Source: Gemmatimonadales bacterium (GTDB lineage: Bacteria; Gemmatimonadota; Gemmatimonadetes; Gemmatimonadales; GWC2-71-9). Taken from it: a DNA stretch of 64,000 nt. The stretch covers positions 30,259 through 94,258 of the forward strand of contig DATLXS010000100.1 of assembly GCA_035575675.1 (NCBI GenBank), in the 5' to 3' direction. The notes beneath the pieces are model-generated. The model worked only from the letters and a program-made list of their open reading frames with translations. It had not been told where the DNA came from and made no database searches. Made by a program: the position numbers and the translations under genes. Of this stretch, positions 26,245 through 35,224 are shown in pieces (the first letter of the stretch is position 1; each line of letters starts with the position of its first letter).

Positions 26245-26514
26245 TCACACGTTCGCGCCGACGGGAGTCGTCCGGGCCACGACGGGGCGGCAATACCGCT
26301 CGCCCAGCACGCGCAGCTCGTTCATCTCACTCTCCGTCAGGTCGGTAAAGCGATCCGCGAGGTACAGCAACGTGTCGTCGAACCATTCCTTCTGATGCTC
26401 TGGCGTCGCCTCCAGCACTCCGCAGCGGAGGATGTGCGAGAACAACTCGTCGCGCGCCTGCTCGAAGCTTGTGGGAATCGAGTACTTCCGGGGCTCACCA
26501 CGCTTTTTGGCCAC
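26245..26514 (-). CDS. small cytoplasmic hypothetical protein (89 aa)
   Basis: GTG 26514 lies 9 nt after AAGGAAG. Non-biased composition (KYSIPTSFEQARDELFSHILRCGVLEATPEHQKEWFDDTLLYL). An intrinsic terminator follows. Confidence 0.5.
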   Translation of the reverse strand: MAKKRGEPRKYSIPTSFEQARDELFSHILRCGVLEATPEHQKEWFDDTLLYLADRFTDLTESEMNELRVLGERYCRPVVARTTPVGANV

Positions 26515-26575
26515 GCAGGGGTCTTCCTTTCGGGTTGGCACCTCATAAAACGGCGCCGCAAGATAATTAGTTGTG

Positions 26576-26584
26576 TGGTATAAT
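26576..26584 (+). promoter_or_regulatory. extended -10 promoter element TGgTATAAT
   Basis: A perfect TATAAT with an upstream TG in a GC-rich genome, 43 nt upstream of ATG 26627. The -35 element is poor. Confidence 0.45.
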
Positions 26585-26593
26585 GCCACAGCA

Positions 26594-26621
26594 GGAGCGC
26601 GGGTTCCCGCGCTCCGGGAGG
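26594..26621 (+). promoter_or_regulatory. 5'-leader hairpin abutting the Shine-Dalgarno sequence
   Basis: GGAGCGCGGG-tt-CCCGCGCTCC is immediately followed by GGGAGG and then ATG 26627. Confidence 0.5.
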
Positions 26622-26626
26622 TAGCA

Positions 26627-26938
26627 ATGAGCGAAGAAGTGTACGGACCCGATCGAGCACAACGCCTCGTCGCGTTGCTCCGGGCATTGGCCGAGCGGAT
26701 CCAAGAGCTGGACCGGACGGGCCGGTTGCTTGATGCGGCGCCGGAGCTACAGAAGTTGCTGGGCAACGCGCGCAGCGAGCTGTTTCATTACGAAGTGCGT
26801 AGCACGTACGACACGCCGGACGTGGCCGAGAGCCGCCGCATCGTCGAAGAGGCGGGAGGGGGCGACTTCTCGCTGGACGATCCGGACGACGACGAGCCTT
26901 GGCGCGGTGGAGGGGGGGGAGGGGAACTGCTGGCATGA
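26627..26938 (+). CDS. small acidic hypothetical protein
   Basis: GGGAGG RBS and ATGA overlap with the dsbA-like gene. Helical N-terminal half, acidic tail and a Gly run. Confidence 0.5.
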   Translation: MSEEVYGPDRAQRLVALLRALAERIQELDRTGRLLDAAPELQKLLGNARSELFHYEVRSTYDTPDVAESRRIVEEAGGGDFSLDDPDDDEPWRGGGGGGELLA

Positions 26939-27621
26939 ACCGATTCTACGCGTTGGTGGCGATACTCGCGATCGTTCTCGGCATCGCGGTGTTCGCCCTG
27001 CTCCGCACCGGCGGCTCGGCCCCGGCTGCGGCGGCGGGGGCGCCACCGACGGTCGTCGACGATGGTTTTCGCGGCTACTCACTCGGGCAGGGGACGGCCC
27101 CGGTCGAGATCACGGAGTATCTCGATTTCGAATGCCCGGTGTGCGCGTCATTCGCCACCATCCAGATGCCGACGATCAAGGAGCAGCTGATCAACACGGG
27201 CCGGGTGCGGTGGCGCTACCGCGACTACCCGCTGCCGATTCACAAGTACTCACGCTTCGCCGCCCACGCCGCGCAATGCGCCGGGGCGCAGGGCAGGTTC
27301 TTCGAGATGCACGATCAGTTGTTCATTCATCACCAGTGGGCCCAGACGGGCAAGGATCCCTCCGATCTGTTCCGGGGCTTCGCGCAGGCGGCGGGCGCCG
27401 ACCTCAAGGCGTACGACGGCTGCATGGAAGCGGGCCGGTACGCCCAGCGCGTCGAGTACAGCCGCCAGGAAGGCGACTCCATGCGGGTCGACGGCACGCC
27501 GACGTTTTTCGCCAACGGCAAGAAGCTCGACTTCCGCCGGCTGCCGGGGTCGGACGATTTCAAGGTGATCGTCGACAGCATCATCGCGCATTCGCCGCCG
27601 AAGCAGCCGCTCCGTCATTGA
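26935..27621 (+). CDS. DsbA-family thiol:disulfide oxidoreductase, membrane-anchored
   Basis: N-terminal TM helix. The redox motif is FECPVCASF, with the rest of the DsbA/thioredoxin fold following. Confidence 0.8.
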   Translation: MNRFYALVAILAIVLGIAVFALLRTGGSAPAAAAGAPPTVVDDGFRGYSLGQGTAPVEITEYLDFECPVCASFATIQMPTIKEQLINTGRVRWRYRDYPLPIHKYSRFAAHAAQCAGAQGRFFEMHDQLFIHHQWAQTGKDPSDLFRGFAQAAGADLKAYDGCMEAGRYAQRVEYSRQEGDSMRVDGTPTFFANGKKLDFRRLPGSDDFKVIVDSIIAHSPPKQPLRH

Positions 27622-28091
27622 TGCGCCATCGCCAGACGATCGCGCTGCTCGCGCTCGTCGGCCTGTTCGTCGCGCTCTATCTCTGGCTGCATGCCCTCGG
27701 CTTCGGCGGGGCGATCAAGTGCGGTGGATCGGGTGGGTGCGAAGTCGTCCAGACGAGCCGGTGGGCGATGTTCCTGGGGCTGCCGGTCGCGTTCTACGGC
27801 GTGGCCGGCTACTGCACGCTGCTCGTCGTGGCGATCCTCGGCCTACGGCCGACCGCGCTGTCCGAGCGGAAATGGAGCGTTCTACTCGCGGGTCTCGCGA
27901 CCGTCGGCTTTCTCTTTACCATCTACCTGACCTACCTCGAGCTGTTCGTCATCGACGCGATCTGCCGGTGGTGCGTTGGCTCAGCGATCATTATCACGCT
28001 GACCTGGATCGTGTCGCTGCTGGCGCTCACGTCTCCTGAGACTCGTACTGGTCCCGGAGCTTCGCCACGACAGCCGGATCAGCCAGCGTAG
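27621..28091 (+). CDS. vitamin K epoxide reductase (VKOR) family protein
   Basis: TGATG junction with the dsbA-like gene. Four TM helices, loop cysteines CGGSGGC, and CRWC in the last helix. Confidence 0.8.
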   Translation: MRHRQTIALLALVGLFVALYLWLHALGFGGAIKCGGSGGCEVVQTSRWAMFLGLPVAFYGVAGYCTLLVVAILGLRPTALSERKWSVLLAGLATVGFLFTIYLTYLELFVIDAICRWCVGSAIIITLTWIVSLLALTSPETRTGPGASPRQPDQPA

Positions 28092-29973
28092 TCGTATCGC
28101 CTAACGCCCGTCCCTCGGCAATATCCTTCAGCAGCCGCCGCATGATCTTGCCGCTGCGGGTTTTCGGCAGGTCCGCCGAAAAAAGAATGTCATCCGGTTT
28201 CGCGAGCGCGCCGATTTTCTTCGAGACGTGATTCTTCAGCTCTTCGCGCAGCGCGTCGGTCCCCTGCTGTCCCTCCTTGAGCGTGACGAACGCCGCGAGC
28301 GCCTGCCCCTTCAGGTCGTGCGCCCGCCCGACCACCGCAGCCTCCGCGACGGCCGAGTGGTCCACGAGAGCGCTCTCGACTTCCATCGTGCCGATGCGAT
28401 GACCCGCGACGTTGAGCACGTCGTCCACGCGGCCCAGGATCCAGAAGTAGCCGTCTTCATCGCGCTTCGCGCCGTCACCGGGGAAGTACGTGTTCTTCCA
28501 CCGGCTCCAGTAGACCTGGCGGTAGCGTTCGTCGTCGCCCCAGATGGTGCGGAGCATCCCCGGCCATGGCGTCGTGATGGCGAGATAACCTCCGCCAACC
28601 TTCACTTCCTTCCCCTCACCATCCAACAGCGCCGCCTCGATGCCCGGAAACGGAACTGTCGCTGACCCAGGTTTTGTGGACGTCACCCCCGGCAGCGGCG
28701 TGATCATGATGCCGCCGGTCTCGGTTTGCCACCAGGTATCGACGATGGGACAGCGCCCGCCGCCGATGTGCTCCTGATACCACATCCACGCTTCCGGGTT
28801 GATCGGCTCGCCGACCGACCCGAGCAGCCGCAGCGTGGAGAGATCGTGCTTCGCCGGAAGTGCCGTTCCCCATTTCATGAACGCACGGATCGCCGTTGGC
28901 GCAGTGTAGAAAACGGTCACGCCGTGCGCCGCGCAGATCGACCAGAACCGATCTTTCCCAGGATGATCGGGCGCGCCCTCGAACATCACCTCGGTAACGC
29001 CGAGCGCCAGCGGACCGTATACGACGTACGAATGCCCCGTCACCCAGCCCACATCCGCCGTGCACCAGAACACGTCTGAGTCCTTGAGATCGAACACCCA
29101 CTTCGTCGTCGCATATGCCTGCGTCAGGTAACCGCCGGTCGTGTGCAGAATCCCTTTTGGCTTGCCGGTCGTGCCCGACGTGTAGAGGATGAACAGCGGA
29201 TCCTCGGCGTCCATCGCTTCCGGTGGACAGTCTTTGTCCGCGCGGGCCATCAGCTCCGACCACCAGAGGTCGCGGCCCGTCTTGAACGACACGGTCTGGC
29301 CGGTGCGCCGCAACACGACGACGTGCTCGATGCTCGGCGTCGCCGAGACGGCGTCGTCGGCGTTCTGCTTCAGCGGCACGATCGCGCCGCGGCGATAGCC
29401 GCCGTCCGCCGTGATCAGGATCTTGGCGCCGGCGTCGTTGATGCGGTCGCGCAGCGACTCGGCGGAGAACCCACCGAACACGACTGTGTGGACCGCGCCG
29501 ATCCGCGCGCACGCGAGCATCGCGACCGCGACTTCGGGAACCATGGGGAGATAAATCGCGACCCGATCCCCTCGCGCGATGCCCAGGCCTTTCAGCACGT
29601 TCGCGAACTTGTTGACGTCGGCGTGCAGCTCGCCGTACGTGATGCGGCGGACTTCGCCGGGCGGCTCGCCCTCCCAGATCAACGCGATGCGGCCACTCCT
29701 CCCGGCGCGCAGGTGCCGGTCGAGGCAATTCACCGATGCGTTGAGCTTGCCTCCGCGGAACCACTTCGCATGGGGCGGCTTCCACTCCAGCACGCGGTTC
29801 CATGGCCGGCTCCACTCCAGTTGCTTCGCCCAGTCCGCCCAATAACCTTCCGGGTCCCGGCGCGCCCGCTCGTGCGCGGTCGTATCGCGCACGTGGGCCT
29901 GGGCGGTGAAGGATGCCGGGGGAGGAAAACGCCGTTGCTCGTCGAGGAGAGTTTCGATCCGGTCAGTGGCCAT
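28027..29973 (-). CDS. acs: acetyl-CoA synthetase (AMP-forming)
   Basis: [11 protein letters not shown], full-length Acs-like sequence, and C-terminal SGKIMRR. Confidence 0.95.
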   Translation of the reverse strand: MATDRIETLLDEQRRFPPPASFTAQAHVRDTTAHERARRDPEGYWADWAKQLEWSRPWNRVLEWKPPHAKWFRGGKLNASVNCLDRHLRAGRSGRIALIWEGEPPGEVRRITYGELHADVNKFANVLKGLGIARGDRVAIYLPMVPEVAVAMLACARIGAVHTVVFGGFSAESLRDRINDAGAKILITADGGYRRGAIVPLKQNADDAVSATPSIEHVVVLRRTGQTVSFKTGRDLWWSELMARADKDCPPEAMDAEDPLFILYTSGTTGKPKGILHTTGGYLTQAYATTKWVFDLKDSDVFWCTADVGWVTGHSYVVYGPLALGVTEVMFEGAPDHPGKDRFWSICAAHGVTVFYTAPTAIRAFMKWGTALPAKHDLSTLRLLGSVGEPINPEAWMWYQEHIGGGRCPIVDTWWQTETGGIMITPLPGVTSTKPGSATVPFPGIEAALLDGEGKEVKVGGGYLAITTPWPGMLRTIWGDDERYRQVYWSRWKNTYFPGDGAKRDEDGYFWILGRVDDVLNVAGHRIGTMEVESALVDHSAVAEAAVVGRAHDLKGQALAAFVTLKEGQQGTDALREELKNHVSKKIGALAKPDDILFSADLPKTRSGKIMRRLLKDIAEGRALGDTTTLADPAVVAKLRDQYESQET

Positions 29974-30047
29974 GATTCGGGATATTAAGGAAGAGGGTGA
30001 GTCTAGCAAGTTGCACCGTGCCGCTCGCTATGCGGCAATGTGCGTGG

Positions 30048-30061
30048 GTGAGCAAGCTCAC
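30048..30061. promoter_or_regulatory. 6-2-6 inverted repeat GTGAGCaaGCTCAC in the acs / STAS divergent intergenic region
   Basis: Seen directly in the sequence. Candidate operator only. Confidence 0.3.
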
Positions 30062-30140
30062 GAGTTTATGCCAACCGGTTGATCCAGCACGGCTTAGACG
30101 GTATGGCACTGGAGTCGCATACACGGCCACGGGAGGAATC

Positions 30141-30479
30141 ATGTCATTACCCGTGGAGCAGACATTGATGTCTACGCGCCAGATGGAAAAGACGATCGCG
30201 GCACCGGAGCGGCTCGATCTCGAGTCCCGCACCGCGTTTCGCCGCGCTGCCGGGGAGGTGCTGGACCTGCTTGCCGAGGGGGCCGGCCGCCTGGTGATCG
30301 ATCTGTCCGGGACGCGCTCGGTCGACAGCGCCGGTCTTGGCGCCTTGATGCTGATCCAGCGCAAGGCCGCCGAGCGCCGCCAGACGGTGTGCCTGCGTGG
30401 CGCGAACGAGGAGCTGCGTTTCCTTCTCGTGCTCACGAAGTTGGACGACCTCTTCGAATTGGAGACGGGCGTTTCCTGA
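30141..30479 (+). CDS. STAS-domain anti-sigma-factor antagonist
   Basis: GGGAGGAA RBS. LVIDLSGTRSVDSAGLGALM carries the conserved phosphorylatable Ser context. Confidence 0.8.
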   Translation: MSLPVEQTLMSTRQMEKTIAAPERLDLESRTAFRRAAGEVLDLLAEGAGRLVIDLSGTRSVDSAGLGALMLIQRKAAERRQTVCLRGANEELRFLLVLTKLDDLFELETGVS

Positions 30480-30495
30480 GTGTAGATTGGCTCGG

Positions 30496-30864
30496 ATGGC
30501 GCCCCCCCCGTCGCCGCGCAAGGTTCTCTTCGTCGAAGACGAAGCCGCACTCCAATACTCCTACGAGCGGTTCTTTAAGGGCAAATACACGATGGCGTAC
30601 GCGCCGAACGGCGCGGAGGCCATGCGTCAGCTTGGCAGCTTCGAGCCCGACGTCCTCGTGCTCGACATGCGGTTGCCGGACACCGACGGCATCGAGCTGT
30701 TGCAGCGCATTCGCGAGACGCGGCCGACCCTGCCGGTCGTCGTGACGACGGCCTACGTGAGCATGGAGCCGCTGATGAACGTGCTCGACCTGGGCCACAG
30801 CCGCTACCTCGTCAAACCGTACGAATTGAGCGAGCTCGCCGCCGCGATCGATGCTGCGGGCTGA
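30496..30864 (+). CDS. stand-alone response-regulator receiver (CheY-like)
   Basis: VLFVEDE, VLVLDMRLPDTDG, VVVTTAY and LVKPY. Overlaps the ccmA start by 14 nt. Confidence 0.85.
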   Translation: MAPPPSPRKVLFVEDEAALQYSYERFFKGKYTMAYAPNGAEAMRQLGSFEPDVLVLDMRLPDTDGIELLQRIRETRPTLPVVVTTAYVSMEPLMNVLDLGHSRYLVKPYELSELAAAIDAAG

Positions 30865-31507
30865 GGGTCTCTGCCACTCCTTTGGCGCGGTCAGGGGCCT
30901 AGACGACGTTTCCTTCAGCGTTCAGCCCGGGCAAACGCTGGCGGTGTTCGGTCCGAACGGCGCGGGCAAGACGACCCTCCTCAAGGTGCTCGCCGGTCTC
31001 ATTCAACCCCAGCGTGGTAGCGCACACGTGGACGGCGGACGCCGCGCCATCGGCTGGATCGGCCACCAGCCACAGCTCTACGCGCAGCTCACCGTGCGCG
31101 AGAACCTCCGGTTCTGGGCATCGCTCTACGATGTGTCTGCGCCGGGCGACCTCCTGACGCGGTTGGGACTGGAGGAGTACGCGGATCGTCCCGTGCACGC
31201 GCTGTCGCGGGGGCTGGTCCAGCGCGTCGCGATCGCCCGGGCGCTGGTGCACGACCCGACGGTCCTGCTGCTCGACGAGCCGTTCACGGGCCTCGATCGC
31301 GTCGCCGCCGAAGCGCTGCGCCGCCTGCTGGGCGACGTGATGAAACAGGGTGGTGCGTCTGTTCTGGTGACACACAACGTCGAAGAGGGAACGGAGCTCG
31401 CGACCGATGTCGCCTTCATGCGCGCCGGCCGTTTCGTCCATTTCGCGCCGCGCGCCGGCCGTGGGCCTGAGCAGGTCGCAGAGGAGTATCGCCATGCGAT
31501 CGCCTGA
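30851..31507 (+). CDS. ccmA: heme exporter ATP-binding protein CcmA
   Basis: Walker A GPNGAGKTT, signature LSRGLVQR, Walker B LLLDEP. Followed by ccmB and ccmC. Confidence 0.85.
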   Translation: MLRAEGLCHSFGAVRGLDDVSFSVQPGQTLAVFGPNGAGKTTLLKVLAGLIQPQRGSAHVDGGRRAIGWIGHQPQLYAQLTVRENLRFWASLYDVSAPGDLLTRLGLEEYADRPVHALSRGLVQRVAIARALVHDPTVLLLDEPFTGLDRVAAEALRRLLGDVMKQGGASVLVTHNVEEGTELATDVAFMRAGRFVHFAPRAGRGPEQVAEEYRHAIA

Positions 31508-32180
31508 CCTGTTGCGGCACGCCTGGAGGGTCGCGTCCAAGGATCTGCTCGTGGAGTTTCGCTCGCGCACGGCGATTCTCTCCGTGGCGGTGTTCGTCGT
31601 GCTGGTGCTGATGGTGTTCAACTTTGGACGTGATCCGACGGCGGTTTCAAATATCGACCTCGCGCCCAGCATCTTATGGGTGACCTTCACGTTCGCGGCC
31701 ATTCTGGCATTGAACCGCGCGTTTCAGCTGGAGCTCGAGAATCAGGCGCTCGAAGGTTTGCTGCTCGCACCCATCGATCGCGGCAGTATCTACCTCGGCA
31801 AGCTCATCGCGAATCTCGTGTTCGTGGCCACGATCGAAGTGATCGGAGTGCCGCTGGTCGCGCTCTTCTTCAACGTGCCCGTCCTGCAGTATCTGGGACC
31901 GCTCGTCACGACGATCGCTCTCGCGACCATAGGATTCGTCGCCATCGGAACCCTGTTCAGCGCGATGACCGTGCGAACGCGTTTTGCTGAGTTGCTCCTG
32001 CCGGTGCTGCTGTTGCCATTCATGATTCTGCCGCTGAGCTGGGCCGCGCTTGCGACCGGCCGGCTGCTCGCGGGCCGTCCCTTGAGCGAGATCACGGGCT
32101 GGCTTAACATGCTGGCCGTCTATGATCTCGTGTTCGTCATTATTGCGGTCCTTCTCTTCCCGGCCACGGTGAACGAATGA
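31494..32180 (+). CDS. ccmB: heme exporter membrane protein CcmB
   Basis: Six TM helices, a CcmB-like N-terminus (KDLLVEFRSR), and a 14-nt overlap with ccmA. Confidence 0.8.
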   Translation: MRSPDLLRHAWRVASKDLLVEFRSRTAILSVAVFVVLVLMVFNFGRDPTAVSNIDLAPSILWVTFTFAAILALNRAFQLELENQALEGLLLAPIDRGSIYLGKLIANLVFVATIEVIGVPLVALFFNVPVLQYLGPLVTTIALATIGFVAIGTLFSAMTVRTRFAELLLPVLLLPFMILPLSWAALATGRLLAGRPLSEITGWLNMLAVYDLVFVIIAVLLFPATVNE

Positions 32181-32866
32181 GTATGCTGCGGGTGGGGCGC
32201 TGGATCTCGGGGGTTGGTCTCGTCCTGCTGGCTGGCGTATACGTGCGAGCGCTCGCCTACACACCGGTCGAAGCGTCGCAGGGCCTCGCCCAGAAGATTT
32301 TTTACCTGCACGTGCCGGCGGCGATTTGGGCCGAGACGGCGATGGTCCTGGTCGGCCTGGCGAGCGTCGTGTACCTGTTCACCAGGGACCCGCGGCTCGA
32401 CCGGTTCGCCGCCTCGTCGGCGGAAGTGGGGACGGTCTTCTGCGCCATCGTGCTGACGAGCGGGCCCATTTGGGGGAAACCGATCTGGGGGACGTGGTGG
32501 ACGTGGGACGCCCGTCTCACCTTTACGCTTTTTCTGTTTCTGCTCTACGTCGGGTATCTGCTGCTGCGCAGCGCGGTCCCGGACCCCGGCGCACGGGCAC
32601 GCTTTTCGGCGGTCCTCGGGATCTGCGGGATGTGCGAGGTGCCGTTCATCCACCTGAGTGTCTACATGTTTCCGACGCTCCATCCGATGCCGATCGTACT
32701 CCAACCCGGCCGCCCAAAGCTGCCGGGCAGCATGTTGACGACCTGGCTCCTGTCGCTCGGCGTATTCACACTGCTGTATGTGGGATTTGTGGTGCAGCGC
32801 TACGCGCTGAGTTATCTGCGTGCACAGCGAGACGCCGCTGGAGAGGTGGGGATGGGTCATGCCTGA
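32177..32866 (+). CDS. ccmC: heme exporter protein CcmC
   Basis: WGKPIWGTWWTWDARLT is the W-rich heme-handling motif. 4-nt overlap with ccmB. Confidence 0.85.
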   Translation: MSMLRVGRWISGVGLVLLAGVYVRALAYTPVEASQGLAQKIFYLHVPAAIWAETAMVLVGLASVVYLFTRDPRLDRFAASSAEVGTVFCAIVLTSGPIWGKPIWGTWWTWDARLTFTLFLFLLYVGYLLLRSAVPDPGARARFSAVLGICGMCEVPFIHLSVYMFPTLHPMPIVLQPGRPKLPGSMLTTWLLSLGVFTLLYVGFVVQRYALSYLRAQRDAAGEVGMGHA

Positions 32867-32969
32867 GAACGGCGGTTACATGATCGCGGCCTACGTCGTC
32901 GTGGGCGCGATTCTCATCGGGTACACGCTGTCACTGTACCTGCGCGCGCGCCGCAGCTTTCGCGCGTAG
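32859..32969 (+). CDS. ccmD: heme exporter protein CcmD (36 aa; below the ORF-track size cutoff)
   Basis: ATG 32859 overlaps the ccmC stop. The product MPENGGYMIAAYVVVGAILIGYTLSLYLRARRSFRA is a single TM helix with a basic tail, the canonical CcmD shape and position. Confidence 0.7.
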   Translation: MPENGGYMIAAYVVVGAILIGYTLSLYLRARRSFRA

Positions 32970-33527
32970 CTCCGCCCGCGCATCGGGGAGCCGGCTGTGC
33001 CCGTCCGGCACCTCTGTGGCCCAGAGGTTCAGCGCTTCGTCCGCCGCCCCGTGATCCCCCGCATCATAGAGTGATTGCGCGTTATGCCACAGGGCGGTCG
33101 CGCCACCGCCCGCCGCGTACGCCCGCGCGAACCGCGCCGCGGCGTCGGCGAAACGGCCGGTGCGCTGGTACAGCGCCCCAGCGGCCATCGCGGCGTCGGC
33201 CCGCTCCTCGAGCGCCAGCGCCTGCTCGAACGCGCCGAGGGCCTCGTCCTGACGGAACACCATCTGCAGCGCTTCGCCGAGCAGCATCCACGCGTCGGCG
33301 TGGTCGGGGAACCGCACGGTGGCCTCACGCGCCGCCTCGACGGCCCCCCAGCGGTCATCGAGCGCACGCGACAGATGGACGAGCGCGGGATAGGTATCGG
33401 CGAAACTGGGTGCGAACTTGCAGCCGAGCCGCAGCCAGGCCAGGGCGCGGTGCGGGGCGTCGCGTTGGGCGGCCGCAGCGCGGCGTGCGCAGAAACGGCC
33501 CAGCGCGGCGCGAAGTGAGCGGAACAT
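32931..33527 (-). CDS. TPR-like repeat protein (hypothetical)
   Basis: Repeated A.W..LG.A......A..AF..A helical repeats. Start at ATG 33527. Confidence 0.5.
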   Translation of the reverse strand: MFRSLRAALGRFCARRAAAAQRDAPHRALAWLRLGCKFAPSFADTYPALVHLSRALDDRWGAVEAAREATVRFPDHADAWMLLGEALQMVFRQDEALGAFEQALALEERADAAMAAGALYQRTGRFADAAARFARAYAAGGGATALWHNAQSLYDAGDHGAADEALNLWATEVPDGHSRLPDARAELRAKAAARAQVQ

Positions 33528-33530
33528 TGC

Positions 33531-34349
33531 TTGATAATGGGGAGAGCCACGGTGAGATTGCAACGGCGCATGGGAGCATCCTTGCAGGGGCGCCGCATCG
33601 TGGTCACGCGCGCACGCGAACAGGCTGTTGACCTGGTGCGAGCGCTGGAGGAGCACGGCGCCGAGGCCGTCATCGCGCCGGTCATCCGCATCCAGCCGCT
33701 CGAGAACCTCGGCGCTCTGCGCGCCGCGCTCACCGGCTTATCCGCCTACCGCTGGGTCGTGTTCACCAGCCAGAACGGCGTGCAAATCGTGTTCGATCGC
33801 CTCGTGGCGTGGGGACTGACGCCGCGGGTGTTCGCGTCGACCAAGGTCGCCGCGATCGGAACCGTGACCGCCGCGGCGCTTACCGTGCGCGGCGTCGTGC
33901 CCGCGCTCGTCCCCCCCGAGTTCGTCGCTGAAGCGCTTGCGGAGGCGCTGATCCGGGAGGGCGGCGGGACCATGGTCGGCGCGCGGGTGCTGATCCCCAG
34001 CGCCGAGGACGCCCGGGAAACGCTCGCCGCAAGCCTGCGGCAGCACGGCGCCGAAGTCGAGCCTATTGCCGTCTATCGCACCGTTCCGGTGCAGGACGAT
34101 CTCAGCAGGCTGGCGGCCGACATCCGGCGCGGCCGCATCGACGCCGTCACGTTCACGTCGTCCTCGACGGTACGGAGCTTCGTCGATCTGGTCGGCCGCC
34201 CGGCTGCCACCTCGGGCCGGTTCGTCGCCGCGACGATCGGCCCGGTGACGGCGGGCACCGCCCGCGAGCTGGGGCTGCGCGAGATCATCGAGGCCGAGCC
34301 CCACACCGTTCCGGGACTGGTCGATTCGCTCGCCCGGCGGTTCGCGTGA
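33531..34349 (+). CDS. hemD: uroporphyrinogen-III synthase
   Basis: GRRIVVTRAREQA..L...L...GAE pattern, a two-lobe HEM4 layout, and a 4-nt overlap with hemC. TTG start (alternative ATG 33537). Confidence 0.8.
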   Translation: MIMGRATVRLQRRMGASLQGRRIVVTRAREQAVDLVRALEEHGAEAVIAPVIRIQPLENLGALRAALTGLSAYRWVVFTSQNGVQIVFDRLVAWGLTPRVFASTKVAAIGTVTAAALTVRGVVPALVPPEFVAEALAEALIREGGGTMVGARVLIPSAEDARETLAASLRQHGAEVEPIAVYRTVPVQDDLSRLAADIRRGRIDAVTFTSSSTVRSFVDLVGRPAATSGRFVAATIGPVTAGTARELGLREIIEAEPHTVPGLVDSLARRFA

Positions 34350-35224
34350 AGATCGGGACGCGGGGCAGCCAGCTGGCGCGCTGGCAGGCGGACTGGGTAC
34401 GCGACCGGCTCGCCAAAAACGGCGTGCGCGCCGAGATCGTCGTGATCAAGACGCGCGGCGACGCTGAGGTGGACCGGCCGCTCCATGAGCTCGAAGGGAA
34501 AGGGTTCTTCACCAAAGAGATCGAAGACGCGCTCCTCGACGGGCGCATCGACGTCGCGGTGCACTCGCTCAAGGATCTGCCCACCACGTTGCCGCCGGGC
34601 CTGGCGCTCGGCGCGATCCCCGCGCGCCACGATCCGCGCGAGGCGTTGGTCAACGGCAAGTCACTGCGCGATCTCAAGGCGGGTGCGCGCGTCGGGACCT
34701 CGAGCCTGCGGCGCGTCGCGCAACTCAGGTTTCTGCGCCCCGACGTCACCGTCGTTGCCTTGCGCGGCAACGTGCCCACGCGGGTCCGCAAGGTTGAAGC
34801 GCACGAGGGTCTCGACGCGGCGCTGCTCGCGATCGCGGGGCTCGAGCGGCTGGGCTTGGGCGGCAAGGGCAGCGTCCTCGATCCCTTCGATGTGATGCCC
34901 GCGCCGGGGCAGGGCGCCCTCGGCATCGAGCTGCGCGCGAACGATGTCGCGACGCGCAAGGCGCTCGCGCCTTTACACGACGCCGCGAGCGCCGATGCGG
35001 TGGCCGCCGAGCGCTCGCTCCTCGCCGCGTTAGGCGGTGGTTGCCAGGCGCCGGTGGCGGCGGTGGTGACGGGCGGGCGGTTATACGGACGCGTCACAGA
35101 ACGGGCCGGCGCGGTGCAGCTCACGGCGTCGGCGGACATCGATCGCGCCGCGCCGGAGCGGGCAGGCGAGGCCGTCGCGAGCTTGCTCGAGCGCGAAGGC
35201 GCCGCGACCTTACTCGCCCGATGA
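34346..35224 (+). CDS. hemC: hydroxymethylbilane synthase (porphobilinogen deaminase)
   Basis: [27 protein letters not shown], and the cofactor Cys context [11 protein letters not shown]. Confidence 0.9.
   Translation: MKIGTRGSQLARWQADWVRDRLAKNGVRAEIVVIKTRGDAEVDRPLHELEGKGFFTKEIEDALLDGRIDVAVHSLKDLPTTLPPGLALGAIPARHDPREALVNGKSLRDLKAGARVGTSSLRRVAQLRFLRPDVTVVALRGNVPTRVRKVEAHEGLDAALLAIAGLERLGLGGKGSVLDPFDVMPAPGQGALGIELRANDVATRKALAPLHDAASADAVAAERSLLAALGGGCQAPVAAVVTGGRLYGRVTERAGAVQLTASADIDRAAPERAGEAVASLLEREGAATLLAR

Noticed and set aside
26730-27620. Upstream 297 codons of the 453-aa ORF ending at 28091
   Set aside because: This part is an out-of-frame read-through across the small acidic gene and the dsbA-like gene (Arg/Gly/Pro-rich). 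The genuine VKOR protein starts at ATG 27621, at the TGATG junction with dsbA.
35041-35220. N-terminal 60-codon extension of hemB and similar extensions of several ORFs (e.g. 3555-3731, 6171-6449, 17319-17753, 40881-40997, 55261-55443)
   Set aside because: The extensions overlap the neighbouring genes, are Arg/Gly/Pro-rich, and precede an internal start with a good RBS or a coupled stop/start overlap and a homologous N-terminus.
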